From a virus: a stretch of DNA of 64,000 bases. Below are positions 1 through 6,786 of the stretch, piece after piece. Positions within the stretch are counted from its first letter, which is position 1; every line of letters begins with the position of its first letter. A program made the translations under genes and the position numbers. The stretch is from the IMG/VR virus record IMGVR_UViG_3300045988_160113, positions 1-64,000 of that record. One strand, 5' to 3'. The notes beneath the pieces are model-generated. The model was not told the DNA's origin. It did no database searches and saw only the letters and a program-made list of their open reading frames with translations.

Positions 1-127
1 ATAGCGAAGTTACCCTATAAGGTAGAGAATTTCCTTATGTAGTAAAGAATTTACCTGGCGCAAATTTTCAGTGAAATCAAATTTTCAAACCCATAATCAA
101 TTCAAAGTTGAATAAACCTAATAAAAT

Positions 128-156
128 TTGACTTTTCAATAAATTTTTTGTATAAT
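128..156 (+). promoter_or_regulatory. sigma70-type promoter
   Basis: TTGACT (128-133), 17-nt spacer, TATAAT (151-156). Points toward the 383-1084 gene. Confidence 0.5.
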
Positions 157-272
157 ATGAATAGAAAATAAAATAAAAAATATTATTCTGTTATCCTGTT
201 TATTATTTTCTCTCTAGCTGTTCTCTTCCTAGATAAAACTTATAGAATAAATATGATAAAAAATGGAACAAA

Positions 273-356
273 ACGTAGTAATTTTTGGAACGGAACATAG
301 AAGAAATTGGAACAGAACGCAGTAATTTTTGGAACAAACGCAGTAATTTTTGGAAC
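273..356. repeat. three direct repeats ACG(T/C)AGTAATTTTTGGAAC (iteron-like) plus extra GGAAC(A/G) half-sites
   Basis: Copies at 273-291, 317-335 and 338-356. GGAACA/GGAACG also at 265, 287, 292, 309. Lies directly upstream of the RBS of the 383-1084 gene. Confidence 0.8.
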
Positions 357-382
357 ACTTTTAGTAAAGGAGGTGAAACAAA

Positions 383-1084
383 TTGAATGATTATGAAAGA
401 AGAAGAATTGATGGGCGCGCAGGAGAAAAAGGAATCCGTGATAATTTATTGAATACTTCAACTCGTGCAGTCCAGTATTATCTTCTGTCAATTAGTACTT
501 GGAATATGTCTAAGTATGAAGACCACTATTATCTTCGTAAAAAGGACATCAATAAGACGGAGATGGCTAGAAAGCTGAATTTAGGTAGGACTACTATCTA
601 TCGTAGTTTTACTGCTTTGAAGACGCGCGGCCTCCTCAGAGAAGACGATACCTATTATATTCTTCCTATGCCAGAAGCTTATTCTGTTATGCGACGTGAA
701 GTTTTGGAATATCTAATAGGCTATTTCAAAATTTTTGGAAGTGATATTATTAGAATTTGTGCAATTCTAAAATATATTCCAGAGAGTCGCAGAAAGCAAG
801 GCTTCAATGCTTCTGAGTTAGTATATATGCTTGAACACGTGCCTACTATGGAGACTAGAGTAGATGTATGTTCTATGTTAGCTGTATTAGAAAGGGATGG
901 TTTTATAAAATATCATAAGCAATGGATAACTAATAATACAGGCTTGCAATATTATAAGTATTATATTGATGAAGTAAAAATAGAAAATCTACCGCAGACT
1001 GTCGATAAAGATGAGCCGATTGACTTAGAAGATATTGAAGAGCTGAGAAAAGGTTTTATTGAAGCTGAAAGTAATATAAAGTAA
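383..1084 (+). CDS. HTH / winged-helix DNA-binding protein (regulator or initiator candidate)
   Basis: 233-aa ORF. TTG start 6 nt after AAAGGAGGTG. HTH-like segment KTEMARKLNLGRTTIYRSFTALKTRGLL. Flanked by iteron-like repeats. Confidence 0.55.
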   Translation: MNDYERRRIDGRAGEKGIRDNLLNTSTRAVQYYLLSISTWNMSKYEDHYYLRKKDINKTEMARKLNLGRTTIYRSFTALKTRGLLREDDTYYILPMPEAYSVMRREVLEYLIGYFKIFGSDIIRICAILKYIPESRRKQGFNASELVYMLEHVPTMETRVDVCSMLAVLERDGFIKYHKQWITNNTGLQYYKYYIDEVKIENLPQTVDKDEPIDLEDIEELRKGFIEAESNIK

Positions 1085-1148
1085 TTTACAAAACGCAGAG
1101 GAATTTTTTACACTTTTTCTTTACATTTATACATTTCTAATAAAAAAC

Positions 1149-1166
1149 ATAATAATTTTTGGAACA
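1149..1166. repeat. fourth, partial copy of the AGTAATTTTTGGAAC repeat
   Basis: ATAATAATTTTTGGAACA lies downstream of the 383-1084 gene. Confidence 0.6.
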
Positions 1167-1213
1167 ATTTTAGCTGAAATTCGAAACACTTATTGACAAA
1201 ATATACAAAACTA

Positions 1214-1243
1214 GGGCGGAGTTTACCTCCGTCCTTTCCTTTT
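1214..1243 (+). terminator. rho-independent terminator candidate
   Basis: GGGCGGAG-TTTAC-CTCCGTCC stem (one G-U pair) followed by TTTCCTTTT. Confidence 0.45.
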
Positions 1244-1273
1244 GCTCAGCGCGCAGCGTAATCACAGCGTAAT

Positions 1274-1302
1274 TTGACTTTTTATCAAAATTGTGATATA
1301 AT
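1274..1302 (+). promoter_or_regulatory. sigma70-type promoter with extended -10
   Basis: TTGACT (1274-1279), 17-nt spacer ending in TGA, TATAAT (1297-1302). The ATG of a 28-codon ORF lies 4 nt downstream. Confidence 0.5.
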
Positions 1303-1306
1303 TATT

Positions 1307-1393
1307 ATGTATAGACTTTTGCTTCCTTGGTATTTTTTCTTGTGTTTTTCTTTTGTGTTTTCTCTCACGCCGCGCAATTCAACCCACTATTAG
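1307..1393 (+). CDS. 28-aa hydrophobic peptide MYRLLLPWYFFLCFSFVFSLTPRNSTHY (speculative; type I toxin-like)
   Basis: ATG 4 nt after the -10 box, so it could be leaderless. No SD. Fully antisense to the transcript predicted from the minus-strand promoter at 1427-1455. Confidence 0.2.
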   Translation: MYRLLLPWYFFLCFSFVFSLTPRNSTHY

Positions 1394-1426
1394 TTAGACC
1401 TCTCTAACTCATGTATACTCTCTTCT

Positions 1427-1455
1427 ATTATATCACAATTTTATTTTATTTTCAA
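1427..1455 (-). promoter_or_regulatory. sigma70-type promoter convergent with 1274-1302
   Basis: Minus strand TTGAAA (1450-1455), 17-nt spacer, TATAAT (1427-1432). Shares the block AAAATTGTGATATAAT with the plus-strand promoter. No ORF with an RBS follows. Confidence 0.45.
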
Positions 1456-1544
1456 ATTTTCTCGCGCGTTGTAGCTTTTTCCAGCTCGCAAATCGTAGCT
1501 TATTTTAGCAGCTCGCAGCTCTCTAACACTTACTTCTTATAAGT

Positions 1545-1555
1545 GTAGTAGTCTG
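1545..1555. repeat. isolated left arm GTAGTAGTCTG of the array palindrome (right arm eroded)
   Basis: Exact 11-mer. The downstream sequence CCTTCGTTCTAC only weakly matches the right arm. Confidence 0.6.
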
Positions 1556-1586
1556 CCTTCGTTCTACGCGCATCCAAATTTGACAT

Positions 1587-1666
1587 GTAGTAGTCTGCCC
1601 CACTTTAGTGTGTTAGTGTGATGCCAAGGTGGTATGGTAGTGTGGTAAAGTGACCCAGAATACTAC
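1587..1666. repeat. split copy of the array palindrome with a 58-nt GT-rich insert
   Basis: Left arm GTAGTAGTCTG at 1587-1597, right arm CAGAATACTAC at 1656-1666. The inner inverted repeat CACTTTA/TAAAGTG extends the stem. Confidence 0.7.
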
Positions 1667-1680
1667 ACAGTCGCGCGAAC

Positions 1681-1707
1681 AAAAAGGGAGACGGTTTCCC
1701 GTCTCCC
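1681..1707 (-). terminator. rho-independent terminator of the 1724-2110 gene
   Basis: Minus strand GGGAGACGG-GAAA-CCGTCTCCC followed by TTTTT. Confidence 0.8.
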
Positions 1708-1723
1708 CATGGTGTTCTCTTGT

Positions 1724-2110
1724 TTACTCGGCGCTCGTCTCGGCGGCCTCGGCTTCCTGCCGCGCCTTATGCGCCGCCTTGCTGTCCTGCTTCTTGGCGC
1801 GGGCTTTCGCATCGCGCTCCATCTTCTTCTGCTTCTTTGCGGCGGCTTCCTCGGCCTTGCGCGCTTTTTCTGCCTGCTTCATGGTGAAGTCTTCGGCCAT
1901 GGAGTAACCATCATAGGGTTCGCCGTCGCGCGAGCCTGTCGGCACTTTCACCGTCAGGACAATGAACTCATCGTTCCCCTCGGAATCGACACAAGGGAGC
2001 GCGAACTCATTCGTGCCCGTCTGAAGCACTTCTTCACCAGCATTGACAAGGAAGTCACGAATGCGGGCCATGTAAGACACGCGCAGAGCGTCACGGGTGG
2101 ATTTAGACAT
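1724..2110 (-). CDS. hypothetical protein with K/A/E-rich C-terminal tail
   Basis: ORF trimmed to the ATG at 2110 (MSKSTRDAL), which is preceded by AAAGAGG. The longer ORF to 2200 would run through the promoter. Markedly GC-rich. Confidence 0.6.
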   Translation of the reverse strand: MSKSTRDALRVSYMARIRDFLVNAGEEVLQTGTNEFALPCVDSEGNDEFIVLTVKVPTGSRDGEPYDGYSMAEDFTMKQAEKARKAEEAAAKKQKKMERDAKARAKKQDSKAAHKARQEAEAAETSAE

Positions 2111-2232
2111 AGTATACCTCTTTCCGGGAATATTTATCCCTCTATAAGATTTTGAGATGAAAATTTGACTTTTGATTGAAAAGTCCGCCGCGCGGTTCAA
2201 TCAATCACTTTCTTTTCTCATCTTCTATAAAG

Positions 2233-2311
2233 AGTATAGCAAAAATTTGATGAAAAGTCAAGTTTTATTTTCTGATTTTTATGGAATGTAGTAGTCTCCT
2301 CAGACTACTAC
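2233..2311 (-). promoter_or_regulatory. early promoter plus array palindrome (unit 1)
   Basis: Minus strand TTGACT (2256-2261), N17, TATACT (2233-2238). Palindrome GTAGTAGTCT-CCTC-AGACTACTAC at 2288-2311, 26 nt upstream of the -35. Confidence 0.7.
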
Positions 2312-2339
2312 AAGGAAAGGACGAATGAACGTCCTTTTG

Positions 2340-2603
2340 TCAATCAAATTTGATTTCAATTTGGCCGATAGAAGAAAAGTCATCAAGACTGGTCATATAG
2401 AAAGTATCATCATCAGTGATGACTTCGATATTACCAAAGGTAGTGGAATAATCTTTGATGGCATCAACCAACTTATTCCATGCGGCTTCCTTTGCACGGA
2501 AACGTCTATGTTCAAGTTCATCGGCGATAACTAACTGTAAATCAGATAGTTCTTCGGCAGAAATTTCCTCGATAGAGTGAGCAAGCAAATCCTTAATTTC
2601 CAT
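2340..2603 (-). CDS. acidic hypothetical protein (87 aa)
   Basis: ORF with an AAAGGAGGA RBS. Followed by the GGACG...CGTCC hairpin. Confidence 0.6.
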   Translation of the reverse strand: MEIKDLLAHSIEEISAEELSDLQLVIADELEHRRFRAKEAAWNKLVDAIKDYSTTFGNIEVITDDDTFYMTSLDDFSSIGQIEIKFD

Positions 2604-2634
2604 TTTGTGTCCTCCTTTCCTTTACTGTACCCAT

Positions 2635-2704
2635 AGTATATCACACATTCTGCGTGCTGTCAATACTAAAGTGATGAAATGTAGTAGTCTGTCCAGACTA
2701 CTAC
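2635..2704 (-). promoter_or_regulatory. early promoter plus array palindrome (unit 2)
   Basis: TTGACA (2658-2663), N17, TGaTATACT (-10 at 2635-2640). Palindrome 2681-2704, 17-nt gap. Confidence 0.7.
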
Positions 2705-2748
2705 AACTTCGCGTGAGAAAAACCCACCTCTTCGGTGGGTATTTCTCT

Positions 2749-3600
2749 TTATAAGTCTGCGCGCCCAACAATGCGAAACGGAAATGCGACAATTCCCAAA
2801 TCAAACTTTTTCTTTGTTACTCGCATAAGTTCCGCGAAAATTTCACTTTCGATAGTCGCATCGTCAAGTGCCGTGTGTGCTTCATCAAATGCGTTATCAT
2901 TTTTGATAAAACGATAACACGTTTCCGCGCTCGTCTTATAATACTTTCCGCTTGCAGTAATCCAACCGTTGTTTACGCACGCCGCGCGGTAGTCATCACT
3001 GTTCAAAATGTGTTCGCACGAAAGTCCCCAAAGGTCAAACAAGGGATATTCACGACCGCGGAATCGGAAAATCGTTGTATCATCCGGCTGACGTTCTCCG
3101 CGTTTATACTTTACGCCGTCCGCGATATTATCACAAGTCCGTTCCTGATATCTCAACCACTCGTGAAAATCAGGGGAATACAGATAGGAAATATAAAGCT
3201 CGGTGAACGGAATCGCTTTCTTGAAATCAAATCCCGCATTATAAGCCGTTACACCCTCGACCGCTTCAAGTGCTTCGACAAGTTCCGCCGTTGCACTTTT
3301 CCAGTCGGTCAAAATAATCTCACCATGGTTGAGCATCTCAAGGTAGATGGGGCGCTTACTTGCGTAATAGGCGGTATCGAAAACAGAGGGAACAGAGAAA
3401 ATTTCGCTGATAAGGAAATTCTTGCGCGAGTAGACGCGCCCCTGAGCGTCGATAATTTGCCATCCAAGGTCGTAAATGAGCGGCTTAGTGACGGCGATTT
3501 GCTGACGAGCTTTGCCATCATACTTGTCAATAAAGGGAAGTGAGGCTGTTTCACAATCCAACACCATCCAATACTTGCGGCGGCGGTCAAGTTTCAACAT
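2749..3600 (-). CDS. DEDDh (DnaQ-like) 3'-5' exonuclease
   Basis: 283 aa. Exo I VLDCETAS, Exo II YNAGFDF, Exo III HTALDDATIESEIF. Confidence 0.75.
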   Translation of the reverse strand: MLKLDRRRKYWMVLDCETASLPFIDKYDGKARQQIAVTKPLIYDLGWQIIDAQGRVYSRKNFLISEIFSVPSVFDTAYYASKRPIYLEMLNHGEIILTDWKSATAELVEALEAVEGVTAYNAGFDFKKAIPFTELYISYLYSPDFHEWLRYQERTCDNIADGVKYKRGERQPDDTTIFRFRGREYPLFDLWGLSCEHILNSDDYRAACVNNGWITASGKYYKTSAETCYRFIKNDNAFDEAHTALDDATIESEIFAELMRVTKKKFDLGIVAFPFRIVGRADL

Positions 3601-3663
3601 TTTTCAAAATCTCCATTCAATTTACTAATCAAGGTTTACCATCGTTCCCTTGACTGTATACAC

Positions 3664-3742
3664 AGTATAGCATATACCGCGCACACTGTCAAGAAGAAAT
3701 TGAAAAATTTTGCTTGGTGTAGTAGTCTGACCAGACTACTAT
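3664..3742 (-). promoter_or_regulatory. early promoter plus array palindrome (unit 3)
   Basis: TTGACA (3687-3692), N17, TGcTATACT (-10 at 3664-3669). Palindrome 3719-3742 (last base T), 26-nt gap. Confidence 0.7.
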
Positions 3743-3762
3743 AAAAGGACGATTACTCGTCC
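3743..3762 (-). terminator. terminator hairpin with the stop codon in its loop
   Basis: Minus strand GGACGA-GTAA-TCGTCC then TTTT. The 5' stem encodes the C-terminal DE, and the TAA stop (3753-3755) sits in the loop. Confidence 0.7.
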
Positions 3763-4148
3763 TCGATATCCGTGCCAGTATTGACAATACGAGTGAGAGT
3801 ATCATCCCATTCTTTGGTATAATGCCAAGACTGACTATAATCGCTCCAGTAGTAATAACCCCGTCTAATCATACCATTAGTTGCGTCTGTCGGGTCGATA
3901 TAGCCATCTTTATCCATCATCTCACTAAAAAGAAAGAAAGCATTGGCATCCTTGTTTTGAATGATGGAAATATCATTGAAATCAATACCCTTTTCAAGAA
4001 AAGCTCGTCCATCCATTCCACCGATGCCGCGAACGAAAATCCAGAGTTCATTCTTGAAAGTGTCTGCGCACTTTTCTTCATGTGCACGACATTCATCAAT
4101 ATCGCTAAATTCTTCTCCGCAATAAGAACAAATATATTTGGTAATCAT
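3753..4148 (-). CDS. C2HC zinc-finger protein, paralog 1 of 3
   Basis: CSYCGEEFSDIDECRAHEEKC fits C-x2-C-x3-F-x8-H-x3-C. The C-terminal domain aligns with the 7374-7772 and 7875-8273 products. Confidence 0.65.
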   Translation of the reverse strand: MITKYICSYCGEEFSDIDECRAHEEKCADTFKNELWIFVRGIGGMDGRAFLEKGIDFNDISIIQNKDANAFFLFSEMMDKDGYIDPTDATNGMIRRGYYYWSDYSQSWHYTKEWDDTLTRIVNTGTDIEDE

Positions 4149-4179
4149 GGTGTATTCCCCTTTCCTTTACTGTATTTGT

Positions 4180-4237
4180 ATTATAGCACACATTCACACG
4201 ACTGTCAACTTTTGTAGTATTCTGTCCAGACTACTAC
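4180..4237 (-). promoter_or_regulatory. early promoter plus array palindrome (unit 4)
   Basis: TTGACA (4203-4208), N17, TGcTATAAT (-10 at 4180-4185). Palindrome GTAGTATTCTG-TC-CAGACTACTAC at 4214-4237, 5-nt gap. Confidence 0.75.
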
Positions 4238-4288
4238 AATGCCCGCACGCAAAACTTTCGTTCTGCGCGCGGACTATAGGAAAGGAAA

Positions 4289-4759
4289 TTAGAGAATGGC
4301 ATGGTTTTCAGAGACAAAATAACGTGCATTGTATTTGTCAATAAATTCTTTTACTTTTGCGGAATCGGCTTGTGTCTCGCAATAGAAAGTAAATAATGTG
4401 TGCTTCGGTGAAAGAACAATGTGTGAATGCGGAATGAATACCAATGAATTATCAATAATCGAACAATACGGCGTAGCAACAGTGAATTCGATTTTCCAAA
4501 GTTTATCCTTGCGCGACTTCATTTCACCATATTTGACGATGAAAACGCCGACTAAATTGCAAATAGAAGTGATGACTACTTTCTGCCAAAGTGGAAAATC
4601 CGCAACAGTATAGATAAGAACGATATTGTAATATCCGTAATATAATGCGGATACAACAGACGCAACCCACGGCCCGGACTTGATAGTCACGATTGACTTG
4701 ATTGTTGAAAAGATGACGTTTACGATAGTCAAAATCGTAAACAAGATGATAAGATTCAT
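4289..4759 (-). CDS. integral membrane protein, UPF0316/DUF2179-like
   Basis: 156 aa. N-terminal TM helices followed by a soluble C-terminal domain. ATGA overlap with the upstream gene. Family assignment is from memory only. Confidence 0.45.
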   Translation of the reverse strand: MNLIILFTILTIVNVIFSTIKSIVTIKSGPWVASVVSALYYGYYNIVLIYTVADFPLWQKVVITSICNLVGVFIVKYGEMKSRKDKLWKIEFTVATPYCSIIDNSLVFIPHSHIVLSPKHTLFTFYCETQADSAKVKEFIDKYNARYFVSENHAIL

Positions 4760-5028
4760 TTATTCCATTCCTCCCATTTATTTTTGATAGACTTTTCATG
4801 TTTTTCTTGCGCAATACCGTTTGCGATAACCTCTTTTACCGCCGCATCAATAGATGGGTATTGATTGAGAATAACATAGTCATAATAAAAAGACCGAGTT
4901 CGACCAAAGAATTTGCGGTTAGGACGAATAACTTCATTTACATAAATAGAAATTAGTCCATATGCTTCAATGTATACTTCAACCTCAAAGGTTCTTCCCT
5001 CATATTCATAAATTTTTGACTTACTCAT
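4756..5028 (-). CDS. hypothetical protein (90 aa)
   Basis: ORF preceded by the conserved leader AAAGGAAAGGAGAATAACA-ATG. Confidence 0.55.
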   Translation of the reverse strand: MSKSKIYEYEGRTFEVEVYIEAYGLISIYVNEVIRPNRKFFGRTRSFYYDYVILNQYPSIDAAVKEVIANGIAQEKHEKSIKNKWEEWNK

Positions 5029-5058
5029 TGTTATTCTCCTTTCCTTTACTGTATCTGT

Positions 5059-5127
5059 ATTATACTACCACGCACAGAAGAAGTCAATAGAAAGTTTTGA
5101 AGTGTAGTAGTCTGACCAGACTACTAA
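5059..5127 (-). promoter_or_regulatory. early promoter plus array palindrome (unit 5)
   Basis: TTGACT (5082-5087), N17, TATAAT (5059-5064). Palindrome 5104-5127 (last base A), 16-nt gap. Confidence 0.7.
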
Positions 5128-5140
5128 AAAGGGGGAGACA

Positions 5141-5593
5141 TTAGTCTCCCACAACGATGCTAAGGTAACGGACAATCATGTCCATTTCGCAACCCATGTC
5201 ATGCCAATCGCAAACCACATAGCCCACACGTTCACCCTCCGAAAAAATCGGATAAACGCCATAAGTGTTATTGAAAACAAACTGCTTGTTTTCAAATTCC
5301 CACTGGGTCGGGACGTAGGTCGGAAAGTTTTCCATACCTCGCAGTTTCCCAGTGGTATCATAAATTGCGATAGGACGCAGACCGGACTTTGATGCCATCA
5401 TGATAGCCGTTCGCAGAGCTTCCTCACTCAAAGAGCCAAGCACAGAATACCTCTGAAAACAAACGCAGTTGTCATCTCCAAGGAAGATTTCGAGCGGGTC
5501 GCCCTCGCGAATCTTCAAAGTCCGGCGAATCTCTTTCGGAATGACCACGCGACCCAAATCATCAATACGACGAATAATACCTGTTGCTTTCAT
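5141..5593 (-). CDS. SpoVT/AbrB-family transcriptional regulator
   Basis: The N-terminus MKATGIIRRIDDLGRVVIPKEIRRTLKIREGDPLEIF closely matches the SpoVT/AbrB swapped-hairpin domain. It is followed by a C-terminal domain of about 100 aa. Confidence 0.8.
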   Translation of the reverse strand: MKATGIIRRIDDLGRVVIPKEIRRTLKIREGDPLEIFLGDDNCVCFQRYSVLGSLSEEALRTAIMMASKSGLRPIAIYDTTGKLRGMENFPTYVPTQWEFENKQFVFNNTYGVYPIFSEGERVGYVVCDWHDMGCEMDMIVRYLSIVVGD

Positions 5594-5646
5594 ATTTTTT
5601 ACTTCCTTTCCGGTTTATAAGTGTTTTTCCCTCACTTGATGTATGT

Positions 5647-5704
5647 ATTATAACATATTACATGAGAAAGTCAAGTGTATGTAGTATTCTACCCAGACTA
5701 CTAC
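5647..5704 (-). promoter_or_regulatory. early promoter plus array palindrome (unit 6)
   Basis: TTGACT (5669-5674), N16, TATAAT (5647-5652). Palindrome GTAGTATTCTA-CC-CAGACTACTAC at 5681-5704, 6-nt gap. Confidence 0.7.
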
Positions 5705-5708
5705 CAAG

Positions 5709-5728
5709 AAAAGGACGATTACTCGTCC
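5709..5728 (-). terminator. terminator hairpin with the stop codon in its loop
   Basis: The same GGACGA-GTAA-TCGTCC-TTTT module as at 3743-3762. The TAA stop is at 5719-5721. Confidence 0.7.
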
Positions 5729-5991
5729 TCTTCCTCTTCTTCATCTATTTCAATTTCACCAATTAGTTCTTCTTGAATTTCTGCAAGTGCATCCCAATAT
5801 TGTTCTAAGAACCAACTATGAAATTCTTCTTTATCCATTCTGAGAAAATTGTTCAAAATTTTTTCAATAGTCAAACTCTCATCGAGTTTATCGGCAATTT
5901 CTCCAACATCGACAAAATCGAGTAAGTCCTCACGGCAATCTTCAATAGTTTCAAATTTTTCCTGACTGTATTCGTGCATATAATAAGTCAT
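5719..5991 (-). CDS. highly acidic hypothetical protein (90 aa)
   Basis: ORF with a conserved leader. C-terminus is EIDEEEEEDE. Confidence 0.6.
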   Translation of the reverse strand: MTYYMHEYSQEKFETIEDCREDLLDFVDVGEIADKLDESLTIEKILNNFLRMDKEEFHSWFLEQYWDALAEIQEELIGEIEIDEEEEEDE

Positions 5992-6018
5992 ATTTTTATC
6001 TCCTTTCCTTTTGATATT

Positions 6019-6076
6019 ATTATAACAGAAATAATAAAAAAGTCAAGTATTTGTAGTATTCTGCTCAGACTACTAC
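6019..6076 (-). promoter_or_regulatory. early promoter plus array palindrome (unit 7)
   Basis: TTGACT (6041-6046), N16, TATAAT (6019-6024). Palindrome GTAGTATTCTG-CT-CAGACTACTAC at 6053-6076, 6-nt gap. Confidence 0.7.
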
Positions 6077-6123
6077 ACAATTTTGATAAAAAGGGACGGG
6101 AATTTCTTCCCGTCCCCGTCCGA

Positions 6124-6522
6124 TTACTCGGCGTCCTCGGCGTCCTCAACCTCAACGGCATCAGTCATGGAAATGGAATAACCATTGACCTTGCCCTTTT
6201 TCGGAATCTTGACCTCGGACTTGACAACCTTGCCGGCCTCTCCAAGCTGACGCAGAAGCGAGCTTGCCTTGGCGGTGGTAATGCCAATATTCTCGGCAAT
6301 GTCCGCGGCAATCATCGGCTCGGACTGCGTGCTCAGAAACTCCATGATAGAAGCCTTGATAGGCTCATTCTCAATGGCAGTCTTGCTGGGCTTGCTGGAC
6401 TGCTTCTCCTTGCGCGCGGCGTTACGCATATCGAGCTTGGCAATCTGCTCAGCGGCGTAGGTGGTCAGTTCATCGGACAGGCTGGAATTGGCGACAGCAG
6501 TAAGAAACTCGCGGTTAGTCAT
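6124..6522 (-). CDS. putative winged-helix DNA-binding protein
   Basis: Trimmed to the ATG at 6522 (MTNREF), preceded by AAAGAGG. wHTH-like segment MIAADIAENIGITTAKASSLLRQLGEAGKVVK. GC-rich. Confidence 0.5.
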   Translation of the reverse strand: MTNREFLTAVANSSLSDELTTYAAEQIAKLDMRNAARKEKQSSKPSKTAIENEPIKASIMEFLSTQSEPMIAADIAENIGITTAKASSLLRQLGEAGKVVKSEVKIPKKGKVNGYSISMTDAVEVEDAEDAE

Positions 6523-6594
6523 AATATACCTCTTTCTTTGTTTGGCGTTGGTCGCCACCCTATTTTAGAAGTCTTTCTCTCAACTTCTGTAATA

Positions 6595-6623
6595 AGTATA
6601 TCACAGATTTTGGAGATTGTCAA
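6595..6623 (-). promoter_or_regulatory. promoter proximal to the 6124-6522 gene (no adjacent array palindrome)
   Basis: TTGACA (6618-6623), N17, TATACT (6595-6600). Confidence 0.55.
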
Positions 6624-6706
6624 GAGGGAAATTTCAAAATTTTGAAATTTTTTCGACTTAATCCTGATGGGAGCGACCCATCATTGAGTCGTTTCCCTCT
6701 TGACAT
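6618..6706. repeat. nested inverted repeats between two tandem promoters
   Basis: TGTCAAGAGGGAAA (6618-6631) pairs with TTTCCCTCTTGACA (6693-6706). Inside are the 22-nt palindrome AAATTTCAAAATTTTGAAATTT and the hairpin GATGGG-AGCGA-CCCATC. Confidence 0.7.
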
Positions 6707-6711
6707 TATGT

Positions 6712-6770
6712 AGTATAGCAAAGATTCGATGAAAAGTCAAGTTTCTGTAGTAGTCTGACCAGACTACTAC
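6712..6770 (-). promoter_or_regulatory. early promoter plus array palindrome (unit 8, no ORF immediately downstream)
   Basis: TTGACT (6735-6740), N17, TATACT (6712-6717), nearly identical to unit 1. Palindrome 6747-6770, 6-nt gap. About 90 nt of ORF-less structured sequence follows. Confidence 0.65.
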
Positions 6771-6786
6771 AACCGAAAAGGGGAAG

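Noticed and set aside
240-491. The 83-aa minus-strand ORF overlapping the iterons
   Set aside because: It runs antisense through the direct repeats, the RBS and the start of the HTH gene. It has no RBS of its own and gives a repetitive translation caused by the repeats.
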